From assembly GCA_029821735.1 (NCBI GenBank), contig JALGSU010000021.1:77993-141992 (forward strand): a DNA stretch of 64,000 nt, given 5' to 3'. The stretch is from Candidatus Zipacnadia bacterium (GTDB lineage Bacteria > Armatimonadota > Zipacnadia > Zipacnadales > UBA5352). A program made the translations under genes and the position numbers. Positions 38,280 through 51,142 of the stretch are shown here, in pieces; position 1 is the first letter of the stretch, and every line of letters starts with the position of its first letter. The notes below the pieces were generated by a model, which saw only the letters and a list, made by a program, of their open reading frames with translations, searched no databases and was not told the DNA's origin.

Positions 38280-39102
38280 GGCAATCGGTCTGGCCATAGT
38301 GCAGGGCCTGACCGAGTTTCTGCCAGTGTCCAGTTCCGGGCACCTCGCGCTGGGACACTGGCTCTTCCAGGCGGGTAGCGCCGAGCACACGGAACTGCCC
38401 TTGTCCTATGTGGTGATGGTGCACTTCGGCACGTTGCTTGCTGTGCTGGCTCACTACTGGCGGGATTTCGCGCGAATGCTGCGCGATATTGTTGGGGCAG
38501 GAAGTGACGACGAGGGGAGGGCACCGGCGGGGTGGGGGCGAAGACTCGCACTCTTGCTTATCATTGCCACCGTTCCCGGTGCGGTGGGCGGACTGCTTCT
38601 CGAGGACACGCTGGACAAACTCATTGACATCCCGTGGGTGGTTGGTGTAGCTTTACTGCTTACCGCCACGGCATTGCTGGTCTCCGAGCGCCGAGCTGCA
38701 CAGAACCGGAGCGAGCGAGATACCACATTCGCGGACACGATCCTGGTGGGGCTGGCGCAGATGGCCGCGCTGGTTCCGGGCATATCGCGTTCAGGTAGTT
38801 GCATTGCTGCGGGGCTGGGCAGGGGTTTCGACCGTGAGTGGGCACCGCGCTTTGCCTTCCTTATGTCTGTTCCCGTCATTCTCGGGGGGACGGTCTTCAA
38901 GCTCGCCGACATGCTCAGTGAGGGGAGCACTGAGGAGTTGGGGTTGTACGGGGTCTGTGCGTTGGTGTCGGCGGTGACGGGCTACTTGGCGATTCGCTGG
39001 GTGCTCAACTGGGTTCGGAAGGGTAACCTCAGGTATTTCGCGGCCTACTGCTATGTGGTGGGTCTCGTTGCCATAGTCGTAAACACGAGCGGCCTGCTCT
39101 GA
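38266..39102 (+). CDS. uppP: Undecaprenyl-diphosphate phosphatase
   Basis: QGLTEFLPVSSSGHL, PGISRSG. Confidence 0.95.
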   Translation: MGIVEAIGLAIVQGLTEFLPVSSSGHLALGHWLFQAGSAEHTELPLSYVVMVHFGTLLAVLAHYWRDFARMLRDIVGAGSDDEGRAPAGWGRRLALLLIIATVPGAVGGLLLEDTLDKLIDIPWVVGVALLLTATALLVSERRAAQNRSERDTTFADTILVGLAQMAALVPGISRSGSCIAAGLGRGFDREWAPRFAFLMSVPVILGGTVFKLADMLSEGSTEELGLYGVCALVSAVTGYLAIRWVLNWVRKGNLRYFAAYCYVVGLVAIVVNTSGLL

Positions 39103-39186
39103 TACGATCATTATCATCAGAGATCGGGCGGGCGCAGAAATCGGGTCCACCGCGAAGGTGAGCCCCGAACGTAGGAGGAGTTTCAC

Positions 39187-41445
<2,259 letters not shown>

Positions 41446-41471
41446 GATACGCACCAAGTCCCGAGACACTA

Positions 41472-41503
41472 AAGAGGCGGCCCGGTCTTCCGGGCCGCCT
41501 CTT
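41472..41503 (+). terminator. Terminator hairpin after hppA
   Basis: AAGAGGCGGCCCGG-TCTT-CCGGGCCGCCTCTT perfect stem. Confidence 0.8.
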
Positions 41504-41546
41504 CCGCTGTACAAAGCAGGCGCGACGATGCACACTGGCATACCAG

Positions 41547-41575
41547 AGAGCCCCCGTCGATTGGCGGGGGCTCTT
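41547..41575 (-). terminator. Second hairpin between the convergent genes
   Basis: GAGCCCCCG...CGGGGGCTC stem. Confidence 0.5.
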
Positions 41576-41596
41576 GAGGTCCCGTGGCTCGCGGGG

Positions 41597-42862
41597 CTAC
41601 TCGGGCCAGCCGATCTCCGCGAGTTTGGCCGCCGCTGCTTCGACTTCCTCGGCGGAGAAAGCGGACATGACGGCCATCTCCATACGCACCTCGGCGCCAG
41701 TCTCGGTGGCGATACGCTCGGGGTTGGTGTACAGCAACATCGTGCCGAAGCGAGACTGACCGAAGAGGTGCGGCGCGATCCAGCCGACCCCGGCATCTCC
41801 CTCGCGCTTGGCTGGCAGGAACACCCAGCCGACCTCGCCGACCTTCTCATACTGCATTGACCACGCGTGCGCCTCGCCGTCGGGGGTGATGAAACCGTCG
41901 CCGGGCACCCAGCCCCAGAAGCAGTAGAGGTCCGCTGCGTCGCCGAGGTTCTTCGCGTGCGTGGTCACCAGCAGGCAGCCCGGGTCCGGCAGCAGCCGGG
42001 CGTCGTAGGCGATCTCGACCTGCGCCTCGTCATTGGTGACCGCGTTGTTGTCGATGTCTCGCAGGTCGCAGACGATCTCGACACCCGCCGCGCCATCGTC
42101 GTCGGTGAACTCCTCGGCGCTCGCGAAGCCATTGACGTAGAGGTAGCGGCCATGGGCCTGCACGGTCAGGTTCATCGTGGGGCCGCCCTCGCCGATGGCG
42201 ATGAACTTACTCCCGTCGGGGATCAGCTGATACGTCTTGCCGCCTCCGGCGAAGTGCACCGACTGTCCGCCGGGGCCGACGCTGGCTCCGAAGACCGAGA
42301 GGCGCAGGGGCACCGTGGCCGTGTTGCTCTGCGGCGACATGTCGGCGACCTGGAGCGTGGCCTCATAGATGCCCGGCTCGACGTCCGCGAGCGACACGAC
42401 AATGTCGCCGGCAGTGTCAGTCTCGCCGAGGGCGCTCGCATCGATCTCAATGGGTAGCGCGCCGCCCGTGGTGACGATGCTCACGGAAGCGGGATCGATG
42501 GGGTTCTTGTCGTCAGCGACCCTGATCGTCATCTGCTCGGGAGCTTCGGAGCGATTGCCGAGATCGATGGGATCGCCGGCAGCCAGGTCAGTGGTCTCGC
42601 CGTCGATGGTGTAACCCGCAATAGCTGGCGCCTCATCATCCTCAAGCACCATCCACGCGGGCTTGTTAATGACCACCAGCGCCCTGCCATCGGGCACCTG
42701 ATCGGGTGTGAGCGTGAAGTGGATGGTGCCATCGGCGGCGTTAGTCTCAAGTTCCGACCAAGAGCCGTCCGGCGCGCGCAGATGGACAGTCCCCTCTTGC
42801 GCCCAGACCCCTGCGACCAGACCCGCGAAGATGCACGCCATCATGATGTGCCTCACGACCAT
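41597..42862 (-). CDS. Hypothetical secreted beta-rich protein
   Basis: Signal peptide ending VWA-QE; acidic Ig-like segments; no recognised family. Confidence 0.75.
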   Translation of the reverse strand: MVVRHIMMACIFAGLVAGVWAQEGTVHLRAPDGSWSELETNAADGTIHFTLTPDQVPDGRALVVINKPAWMVLEDDEAPAIAGYTIDGETTDLAAGDPIDLGNRSEAPEQMTIRVADDKNPIDPASVSIVTTGGALPIEIDASALGETDTAGDIVVSLADVEPGIYEATLQVADMSPQSNTATVPLRLSVFGASVGPGGQSVHFAGGGKTYQLIPDGSKFIAIGEGGPTMNLTVQAHGRYLYVNGFASAEEFTDDDGAAGVEIVCDLRDIDNNAVTNDEAQVEIAYDARLLPDPGCLLVTTHAKNLGDAADLYCFWGWVPGDGFITPDGEAHAWSMQYEKVGEVGWVFLPAKREGDAGVGWIAPHLFGQSRFGTMLLYTNPERIATETGAEVRMEMAVMSAFSAEEVEAAAAKLAEIGWPE

Positions 42863-42935
42863 CACTCCCTTTTCTGGCAGGGACAAAAGAGACAATAGCG
42901 ACGACGATTGCGCAGGTCTCAGAGCCTGCCGCCGA

Positions 42936-43655
42936 TCAGGACAGCACATCCCTGAGCAGGCGCGGGTCGTTCGTGAGGATCCCGTCTATACCCCAGTTGA
43001 TATACTGCTCCATGTCCTCGCGCGTGTCGGCGTAGAAGACGTTGGCGTGCATGTCGCGCGCATGGACCGCCTCGCAGAACTCCGCACTCATCATGCCGCG
43101 CCCGGGCTGCAGGATCCTGAAGCCCTCCTCATGCGCGCGCTCGACGTACTCGAGGCCGTCCGCGCACATTGGGAGCAGACAATACTGCAGGTCGGGCGCC
43201 AGCGTGCGCAGACGATCGAGGCTCGGCTGGTGATGGTGCACCATCAGCGCTCGGTCGGATGCGCTCGCCTGCCGAATATGTTCGAGCACGCTCAGTTCGA
43301 AACTGTCATCGGCGTCACGGACGGTCTTGAGGTGGATGTTCATCCGGATCGGTGGTGGGATCGCCGCGAGTGCCTCAGCGAACGTGGGCACGCGCTCGGC
43401 AGCAAAGGCAGCGTCGAAGTGTGAGCCTGCATCCAGCGCGCGTACCTCGGCCAGCGTCATCTCCTCCAGCGCACCGGTGCCATCGGTGCACCGGTCCACC
43501 GTCGGGTCATGCATGATCGCGAGCGCGCCGTCGGCCAGGCGGTGCACGTCGAACTCGATCATGTCCACGCCGATCTCGAGCGCACTGGCGAAAGACACCA
43601 GCGTACTCTCGGGCGTGTCGTGCGGGTTGCCTCGATGGGCGACATTCAGTGTCAT
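42936..43655 (-). CDS. Glycerophosphodiester phosphodiesterase
   Basis: AHRG, IEFDVH, HDPTVDR, GIDGILTNDP. Confidence 0.93.
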   Translation of the reverse strand: MTLNVAHRGNPHDTPESTLVSFASALEIGVDMIEFDVHRLADGALAIMHDPTVDRCTDGTGALEEMTLAEVRALDAGSHFDAAFAAERVPTFAEALAAIPPPIRMNIHLKTVRDADDSFELSVLEHIRQASASDRALMVHHHQPSLDRLRTLAPDLQYCLLPMCADGLEYVERAHEEGFRILQPGRGMMSAEFCEAVHARDMHANVFYADTREDMEQYINWGIDGILTNDPRLLRDVLS

Positions 43656-43730
43656 TTCAGCTTCCTCGCGTGTGGGCCGATGTATTGAGTGAATGGGATC
43701 CGTGATAGAGCGCAGATGTGCTTCCGGTGA

Positions 43731-44756
43731 GTGATGAGACTCTTCCCCGTTCTGACAATAGCTTTGTTGCTGACCGGGCTCGCGGCCCCCTCGGTCGCTG
43801 ACGGTGGTCTCGGGATCGTGCCCGTCGCTGGCGAGGCCATCCCGAATGACTCAGCGTCTCCAGCCGCCTGCCCCGCTGATTTTGGTGCGTTCTGGCAGCG
43901 CGCCCTGTCGCAGTGCCAGCCGTTGCAGCCCGGCGCTCTGACCGGCACCGGCGGCGATGTGATCGTCCCCGTCACGGACACGCTCAGCATGCGCGCCTGG
44001 TGGCAGCCGGGAACTGATCCGGCCGCAACGCCCGTCGTGCATCTCGTTGAGCGCGCAAACCCCGAGCCCGCTCGCCGCCCGGTCGACCGTCGTGCCCACC
44101 TGTACGTATCGTGGCGCAGCTACGATTGCGATCTGGCCACTTGGTATCTCCAGGGCCTCGCGCATCCCGGCGACGGGGGCCTCATGGCCTCTGTACTCGC
44201 CGCCTGTCAGGCCGTCGATCTGGTGCGCACCAGTCCAGAACTGACCGCGCCGCTTGTGGCACTCGTCGGCGACGGCTATGGCGCTGTCATGGCGCTGGCC
44301 GCCGCAGCCCTGGCCCCCGAGCGCGTGAGCTTCGTGATCGTGCACCAGCCGCGCCCGGCCTTCCACCGTATGGCCGATGGCACGCTGACCGCCTGCCCGG
44401 CGATCGCCCGGATTTTGAGCGCGCTGCCCGCCACGGACGCCAACCCGACCTGCGCCGCACTCAGCTACTACGACGCCGTCAACTTCGCCGCGAGGGCGAC
44501 GAGGCCAACGTTCGTGATCGCCGGCGGTCGCGACCGCGATGCGCCCGTGAGTGAAGCGCGGATGCTCTATGATAGGCTCACATGCAAGCGCAACTCGCTG
44601 GTGGTGCCCACCATGCGCCATCATCCCAGTGACAGCATGAGCAATTTCGCGCAGCTACTCGCCCGCGCTGACGCCATCGCCCAGGGCCCGACCGCCGCGC
44701 CGATCGGTACGCCAGTCAGGCCCGAGGCGCTGGTCAGGGACCTTACATCTCCATGA
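43731..44756 (+). CDS. Secreted acetylxylan esterase (CE7)-like alpha/beta hydrolase lacking the catalytic Ser
   Basis: LSYYDAVNFAAR...GGRD...RH C-terminus resembles CE7; the nucleophile elbow reads GDGYG. Confidence 0.7.
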   Translation: MMRLFPVLTIALLLTGLAAPSVADGGLGIVPVAGEAIPNDSASPAACPADFGAFWQRALSQCQPLQPGALTGTGGDVIVPVTDTLSMRAWWQPGTDPAATPVVHLVERANPEPARRPVDRRAHLYVSWRSYDCDLATWYLQGLAHPGDGGLMASVLAACQAVDLVRTSPELTAPLVALVGDGYGAVMALAAAALAPERVSFVIVHQPRPAFHRMADGTLTACPAIARILSALPATDANPTCAALSYYDAVNFAARATRPTFVIAGGRDRDAPVSEARMLYDRLTCKRNSLVVPTMRHHPSDSMSNFAQLLARADAIAQGPTAAPIGTPVRPEALVRDLTSP

Positions 44757-45512
44757 TCTGGCGGATGGCCGCAGCCGTGTCCTCGATGGGCGCAACGCCC
44801 GGCGAGACCTCGCTCAGCAGCACATCGTTGTAGCCGATCTTGCGCAGCTCGGCCATGCAGGCCGGGAAGTTGACGTCGCCCTCAAGCAGCGGCTTCCACT
44901 CGTAGCCCTGGCGCTGGAAGTCCTTGAAGTGGACCTTCTTCACGCCATCTCCAATGATCTTTACCCACTGCTCCGGATGCGACTGAATCACCATGTTGCC
45001 GGTGTCGAAGAACAGGCCGACCTTGTCAGAGCCGATATCGCCGATGAAGCGAACCCACTCCATGGGACTGAGCAGGAAGCGGTTCCAGACATACTCGACC
45101 AGGGCACCAGCTTGCGCAGCGAGGTGACCGCGTTGAAGTAGGCGTCGTCGTAGTGGCACTCCTCACTGACGCGGCCCGGGACCAGCAGCCAGGTGTCGAT
45201 GCCGAACTTGGCGACGACTTCGAGGATGGACTTGATCTGGTCCATGCTCTTTGAGCGCGTGCCCCAGTCATTGGTCATGATGTCCGGACGCGGCTCGCCC
45301 GAGCCCACTGTACTCGACAGCTCAATGCCGTTGTCCTCGGCGATTTTGAGCATCTCAGCGATGCGCGCGTCAGTCATAGTGCCGATGGCCGTGTCGCGGT
45401 CCTCGCGGAAGCACAACTCGAAGGACTCGTAGCCGGCCGCCTTGATGTTCTGCATAGTCTCCTCGAAGCTCCACTCCGAGGGTGTGATGATCCCACTGAT
45501 TCCGACTTTCAT
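44743..45512 (-). pseudogene. Sugar phosphate isomerase/epimerase (TIM barrel), frameshifted near 45103 (possibly artefact)
   Basis: N-part in ORF 44988..45512 up to LRKLVP; C-part in ORF 44743..45159 (VEYVWNRFLLSP, FDTGN, VHFKDF, LLEGDVNF). Confidence 0.85.
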
Positions 45513-45699
45513 GGTGCGCCTCCTGTGACGGTTTGCGCAGACGCGCGCTGGTCTGTATGTACTCGGCCGTGCGCACAGTTTCGTGCCCGAATCAATTCGC
45601 CGCCACCACTCGATGTCCCTTCACCGGGTCGCGCTCAGGAGGCGTCCGCCAACCGACAGGGAAACCATCAGCAGCAAGTGAAGACCACATCGAGGGGGC

Positions 45700-46656
45700 A
45701 TGGCGATCATGACAATCCGCGAGCTGTACGGTGAGTCCATCGAGTGGGGTATGGAGCTTGATCCGCGCGGGCCCCAAGCACTGCGGAAGCAGATGCAGTG
45801 TTCGCGCGCCGAGTACGAGAAGTTGAGCGGCCGCAACAAGACACTCTACGACGCCGAGCGGCTCAACAACCCCTTCGGCGATACGCGGATCATGTGCGGA
45901 GACCCCGACACCGAGTTGACCCGCGTGATCGTCGGTATCGATATTGACACGGCGGAGATACTGCTCGCCGAGGCACTTCGGCAGCGTGGTGAGCGCCTCG
46001 ACGCGATCATCGGCCACCACGCGTCGGCGATGAGCGCGATGACGAGCGCTGAGGACACGATGGGCGTGCAGGTGGAGATGATGGTCGCCGATGGTGTGCT
46101 GCGCTCGCGGGCGGAGTCGCTCGTGCGCAACGATCTCAAAGGTCGACCGAGGCCCTTCAACTATCGCATCGTGCAGATGGCCGAGGCGCTCGGAATCCCG
46201 CTGATGACCATCCACACTCCCGCCGATCTGCATGCATACGACCACACGCACAAGCTCGTTGCCGAACGGGAGCCACAGAAAGTCGGGGACTTGGTGGAGA
46301 TTATCGCTGGATGGCCGGAGGTGCAGTGGGCCATCGAGCGTGGTGAGCAGCCCAAGGTGGCAGCCGGCGATGCGCGCAACAGCATTGGGAAGATGCACTG
46401 TCACTTTACAGGCGGATGGAACCCGACACCGGTGGCGATGACGGCGATGTGCGAGGCGGGGGTGGAGACCTTCGTGCTGATGGCCTCGAGCGCGCCGCTG
46501 GAAGAAGTGGCGAACAAGTATCACGCGTCGATCGTGGTCGCGCCACACTACCCGGCCGACAACGTGGGGATCAACCTGCTGCTCGACCGAGCCTGCGCGA
46601 TCAGCCCGCTCGACGTCGTGGACACGAGCAACTTCGTGAGGGTGACGCGGGGGTAG
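45700..46656 (+). CDS. NIF3-like (NGG1p-interacting factor) dimetal protein
   Basis: DPRG, NPFGDTRI, VGIDID, IIGHH, IHTPAD, HYPADNVGIN. Confidence 0.8.
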   Translation: MAIMTIRELYGESIEWGMELDPRGPQALRKQMQCSRAEYEKLSGRNKTLYDAERLNNPFGDTRIMCGDPDTELTRVIVGIDIDTAEILLAEALRQRGERLDAIIGHHASAMSAMTSAEDTMGVQVEMMVADGVLRSRAESLVRNDLKGRPRPFNYRIVQMAEALGIPLMTIHTPADLHAYDHTHKLVAEREPQKVGDLVEIIAGWPEVQWAIERGEQPKVAAGDARNSIGKMHCHFTGGWNPTPVAMTAMCEAGVETFVLMASSAPLEEVANKYHASIVVAPHYPADNVGINLLLDRACAISPLDVVDTSNFVRVTRG

Positions 46657-46667
46657 TCCCGCGCGCG

Positions 46668-47477
46668 TCAGATTCCCCCGAGCAGGTGCCGGGCCATGAA
46701 GTGCGCCGTTGTTTGGGCCATAGTCTCCCGCCAGGTCGCGTCGGAGAAGAAGTGGTCGGCGTCCTCAATTGGGACGACCTCGCCCGCAAGCGAGTGGTCG
46801 GTCACGAGTTGGCCGAGCGGTCCGACGTGGCTGTAGATGTCCTCCGTGCCGGTCACGAAGATCACCGGGCATTTCACCTGCGCGAGGTGAGCGAAGTCGC
46901 CCAGACCGTCCTCATCGATCTCGGTGGGGAAGCCCACTACGCCGCACGCGAGTGCTTCGGCACCCTCGACCTGCTGCAATGCACTCGCGGCCTTGAGCGC
47001 CATCGAGGCACCGAACGAGTAGCCCACCAGACCACAGCGGTCGGCCTGGATTTCGGGGCGGCTGCGCAGCAGTGCCATCGCGCCAAGCGCGTCATTGGCC
47101 TCGGCGACACCGCCGCCGAACTCGCCCTCAGAGTTGCCGATACCCCGGAAGTTGAAGCGCAGCGTGGCGATCCCCATATCAAGCAACTTATCCCGCAAGC
47201 GGATGACGATGGCGTTGTCCATTGCGCCACCGTAAAGCGGGTGAGGGTGACAGATCACAGCGCCGGGCACCGTGGTCGCAGCCGTGGCTCGCGTGGGTAT
47301 CCACAGTTCGCCCTCAAGCACCGGGCCGTCGCCCGTCGCCGCGAAGCGAACGAGTTCCACCACCTGCGGCACAACCGCCTCGGGGTCAACAGGTTCGGCC
47401 TCATCGGCCCAGGCTGCCGCAGCCAGGCACGTCATCGCAACCGTCATCGCCATCAGCTTCCGTGTCCGAGCTGTCAC
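46668..47477 (-). CDS. Exported alpha/beta hydrolase
   Basis: CHPHPLYGGAMDN, RFNFRG, GYSFG, GTED, ADHFF; signal peptide. Confidence 0.9.
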   Translation of the reverse strand: MTARTRKLMAMTVAMTCLAAAAWADEAEPVDPEAVVPQVVELVRFAATGDGPVLEGELWIPTRATAATTVPGAVICHPHPLYGGAMDNAIVIRLRDKLLDMGIATLRFNFRGIGNSEGEFGGGVAEANDALGAMALLRSRPEIQADRCGLVGYSFGASMALKAASALQQVEGAEALACGVVGFPTEIDEDGLGDFAHLAQVKCPVIFVTGTEDIYSHVGPLGQLVTDHSLAGEVVPIEDADHFFSDATWRETMAQTTAHFMARHLLGGI

Positions 47478-47495
47478 GCTGGTGCGCCTCCACGT

Positions 47496-49472
47496 TCACT
47501 TACGGGCCTGCGTCGGGATGCTCGCCGGCTCGCTTGTGGCCCCCAGAGCCATCAGGGGCAGGTAGTCACGCGCGAATTCCTCGGTGTAGTTGAAGATTAT
47601 GAAGCCCTCGCAGCCCAGACGGCGCGCCGCCTGCACCTCATCGAGGACCCCCTGTGGGCTCATCGTTGGCACTGGGTCCGCGAATGGCCCGATGCCCGCG
47701 GCGACCGGACATTTGCCCTGCGCCCACGCCTCCTGTTTGGTCACCCAGCCGACGAACTCGTCGAGGTCCTCGAAGTAGTCCATTGGAGAAACGAAGTCCA
47801 CCAGACCCTCGTCAATCCACCGCTTCCAGTCCTGGCCGAAAGTGTCGCGATGGCCCTCCCAGTTCACGAATACCGCGGCGTTCAGACCAACTCCCGGCGC
47901 CTCTTCGTTGAGCTTGGCGCGGATGGTCCGGAGCAGACTGGTAACCTTCTCGCGCCGCCAGTCAAGCCACTGGGACCTCAAGGGACCGCTGACCACATCA
48001 GCCGGCCACCTGCTGGCGGTGATGCCGGTCTCGGCCTGGAAGCGCTCGCGGCATGTAGCGCACACACACTGGTCCTTCCACGAGTAGCGCAGGTAGTCGA
48101 ACTGTATCGCGTCCACGCCGTAGCTCGCCAGCTCAAGCGCGGTCTGGACTATCTGCGCCCGGTTGGCGTGGTTGGACGGGCACAGCCACTTGGTGTCATA
48201 CCCCTTCGGCGACCGGGCCAGTCGGCCCTGCCTGCGCAACTCGTCGCGCACCGAGGCGGGCGAACCCATCGTGAAGAATCCCAGAATGCGCGCGTGCACT
48301 TGCACCCCGTATCTATTGCCCCACCGCACCGATTCGGTTACAGGGTTCTCGTCGCCGATGGTGGTCGCAGCCGGCAATACGCGGCTCGGGTAGTAGGCCG
48401 CCGCTCCGGAGGCGAAGTAGGGGAAGATGCAGTTGAAGTTGGCCTCGCCGAGGCGTCGCATGGCGTCTTCCCAGCCGCCCGGCACCTTGTCGCACGCCCA
48501 CACCCCGCGGATCTCCGGGTCGTATGACGGGTACGAGCGATACCACGAGCGATAGCCCAGCATCTGTCCGCGACGAGAGGCAGCGATCGCCCCGTTCTGA
48601 TCGCCGCGCGCCAGTCGCCCGGGGATTGACACAAGCAGGCTCAGCGCTTCATCGACATCACTGCGTGCGTTGTCCAGGTGCGTGCTGGCGGCCCTGTCGA
48701 GCGCTGCCTTGAACTGCGGCAGCGACTCGTATGGCCCGACCGGCCCAATCTTCGCCGGATCGGCTGGGCATAGCGCCTCCCATAGCTCAGGAGCGAAGTG
48801 CCCCACCAAAGCACGCAGCAGCTGCCCAAGATCGCCCGCGTTCGCCGGTGAGGGCGGGCAGGAGATGAACGCACCGCGCCCCGAGAGTGCGATGCCCGCA
48901 GTCGTGCCGGCGTCGCCGGGTGGTGTCTGCCACACTCCGAGAGAGGTGGCGCCCTCCAGCGGAGCGACCGGGCGGATCTGCATCGCGTCGCAGATGGTTC
49001 TGGGCGGGGCCCCCACGATGCTGCCTGGGACCAGGCCGATGGCGTAAAACTGCCCGGCGAACAGTTCGCGAGTGACCGAGCCAAGCTGAACGCCAAGCGC
49101 GGATGCCAGTTCGTCGCGGCAGGTGAAGAAGATGATCAGGTGCGCCGGTCGCTTGAGGTAGGCTTGCAGGTGGTAGAGTTCGTCATCGCTGATGGCGCGG
49201 CTGTACGGAAGGATGGCAACCGGGACGTCGGGCAGGCCGATGCGCGCGACTTCAGTGTCGCTGGTGAGTTGGTATGGAATGCCCGCCTTCGTCAGAGCGC
49301 TGGTGACTGCATCGCGGCGCTCGCGCACCAGCCGGGCTACCTCGGGACCGCCACCGCCCAGAAGGTCGCCGGTGATCACCGCGACCGTGGGCACTTCCGC
49401 TGCCCGCGCCGGGCACACCGGAAGCATTGCGGCGGCGAACGCTGCAGCGGCGATGAGTATTCCGAGCGCCAT
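47496..49472 (-). CDS. Glycosyl hydrolase-like 10 (DUF187) family exported protein
   Basis: EIRGVW, QVHAR, WLCPS, DAIQFDYLRY, QDWKRW..VSPMDY; start overlaps the argS stop (TAATG). Confidence 0.85.
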   Translation of the reverse strand: MALGILIAAAAFAAAMLPVCPARAAEVPTVAVITGDLLGGGGPEVARLVRERRDAVTSALTKAGIPYQLTSDTEVARIGLPDVPVAILPYSRAISDDELYHLQAYLKRPAHLIIFFTCRDELASALGVQLGSVTRELFAGQFYAIGLVPGSIVGAPPRTICDAMQIRPVAPLEGATSLGVWQTPPGDAGTTAGIALSGRGAFISCPPSPANAGDLGQLLRALVGHFAPELWEALCPADPAKIGPVGPYESLPQFKAALDRAASTHLDNARSDVDEALSLLVSIPGRLARGDQNGAIAASRRGQMLGYRSWYRSYPSYDPEIRGVWACDKVPGGWEDAMRRLGEANFNCIFPYFASGAAAYYPSRVLPAATTIGDENPVTESVRWGNRYGVQVHARILGFFTMGSPASVRDELRRQGRLARSPKGYDTKWLCPSNHANRAQIVQTALELASYGVDAIQFDYLRYSWKDQCVCATCRERFQAETGITASRWPADVVSGPLRSQWLDWRREKVTSLLRTIRAKLNEEAPGVGLNAAVFVNWEGHRDTFGQDWKRWIDEGLVDFVSPMDYFEDLDEFVGWVTKQEAWAQGKCPVAAGIGPFADPVPTMSPQGVLDEVQAARRLGCEGFIIFNYTEEFARDYLPLMALGATSEPASIPTQARK

Positions 49473-51110
49473 TACATCTGCTCCGGTGCCCGCACGCCCA
49501 GCAGTCCGAGGATATTCGCGATTACCGTGCGTGCGCCGGCGATGAGGGCCAGGCGTGCCCGGGTCAACTCGGGGTTGTCGGCGTCGACCACGCGGCAACT
49601 GCCGTAGAACTGGTGGAATGTCGCCGCCATCTCGCGGCAGAAGTGCACCAGACGGTGCGGTGCCCGCGCCTCGGCCGCTGCGCTTACCTCGCCCGGGTAG
49701 TCAGCGATGGCTCGCATCAGCCGCAGCTCGTCCGCGTGCGCCAGCGGCCTGCGACTGCGCTTCGCGGTGGAGCGAGCAGATGCGCGCGTGGGCGTACTGC
49801 ACGTAGTATACCGGGTTTTCGTCGGACTGCTTGCGCGCGATATCCAGGTCGAAGTCCAGGTGCGAGTCCACGCTGCGGGAGAGCAGGAGGAAGCGCGTCA
49901 CGTCAGTGCCGACGTCTTCGAGCAACTCGCGCAAGGTCACGATCTGGCCCGCACGTTTGGACATGCGCACGATCTCGCCGCCATCGGTGAGGCGGACGAT
50001 CTGGTGGACGATGAACTCGGTGCTGGCCGGGTTCACCCCAGCCGCAGCCATCCCAGCCTTGACGCTTGGCACCTGAGCCGCGTGGTCCGGCCCCCAGATG
50101 TAGATGAGGTGATCGAAGCCGCGTTCGAGCTTATTCTCGACGTAGGCGAGGTCGGTCATCAGGTAAGTCCGGGCCCCGTTTGTCCGTACCAGGACGCGGT
50201 CCTCTTCGTCCCCGTAGTCGCTGCTGCGCACCCACTGGGCGCCGTCCTTTTCATACAGAACGCCGCGCTCGTTCAGGTCTTCGAGCTTGGCCTCGATGCC
50301 GCCGGCAGCGAACAGGTCGCGTTCGCTGAACCACGAGTCAAAGCGCACGCCGAGCAGCTCGCAGTCGTCGCGGATGTCGCCCACCACCAGTTCCTCCGCG
50401 ACCATGGCGAACTCGTAGAACCCCTCGGGGTCCTGCGCGATCTCCGCCAGGGCGTCGCCGTGCTCATCGACCATGCGCTGGGCGTAGTCGATGATGTACT
50501 GGCCCTTGTAGCCGTCCTCAGGCATGGTCCAGTCGAGGTCAAGCAGCTCCCGGTAACGGGCCTGCATCGACTGGCCGAAGAGCCGAAACTGGGTGTTGTC
50601 CGGGCCATCGTTGAGCAGATACTCGCGCTGCACGTCATAGCCGACGGCCTGCAGCACGCTTGCGAGCGCGTCGCCGTACGGGCCACCACGGGCGTTGCCG
50701 ATATGCAGAGGCCCGACCGGGTTGGCCGAGATGAACTCGATCTGGATGCGCCGGCCCTTGCCCTCATCGCTGCGGCCGTACTCGGCCCCGGTGCGCAGGC
50801 ACTCCGCCAGCGTGTTGTGCAGCCAGGCGGGGGAGAGGTGGAAGTTTATGAAGCCCGGTCCCGCGATCTCGACGCGGTCGATGAGGCCTTCGGCCTCGGG
50901 CAGGTGCTCGATGACAATGGCCGCCACGTCGCGGGGCGACATCTTCGCGGGTTTGGCGAGCACCATTGCGACGTTCGCTGAGAAGTCGCCCAGGTCCGGG
51001 TTCGGCGGCTGTTCGAGCTTGATCTCGGAGTCGTAGACAGGCAACACCCCGGCCTCAGCCGCGGCGGTCAGAGCGTTCGCGAGCATCTCGGTAAGTCTGG
51101 CGTGTGCCAT
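49472..51110 (-). CDS. argS: Arginine--tRNA ligase, apparent frameshift near 49748 (probably artefact)
   Basis: EFISANPVGPLHIGNAR, RMSKR, NPVYYVQYAHARICS. The DALR C-terminus continues in the frame of ORF 49472..49717. Confidence 0.93.
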
Positions 51111-51142
51111 CGGGCAGCATCCTCTATGTCAGTGTGAGACGT

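Noticed and set aside
45090-49760. Programmed ribosomal frameshifting in the epimerase and argS
   Set aside because: No slippery heptamers are present, and codons appear to be missing, which recoding cannot restore.
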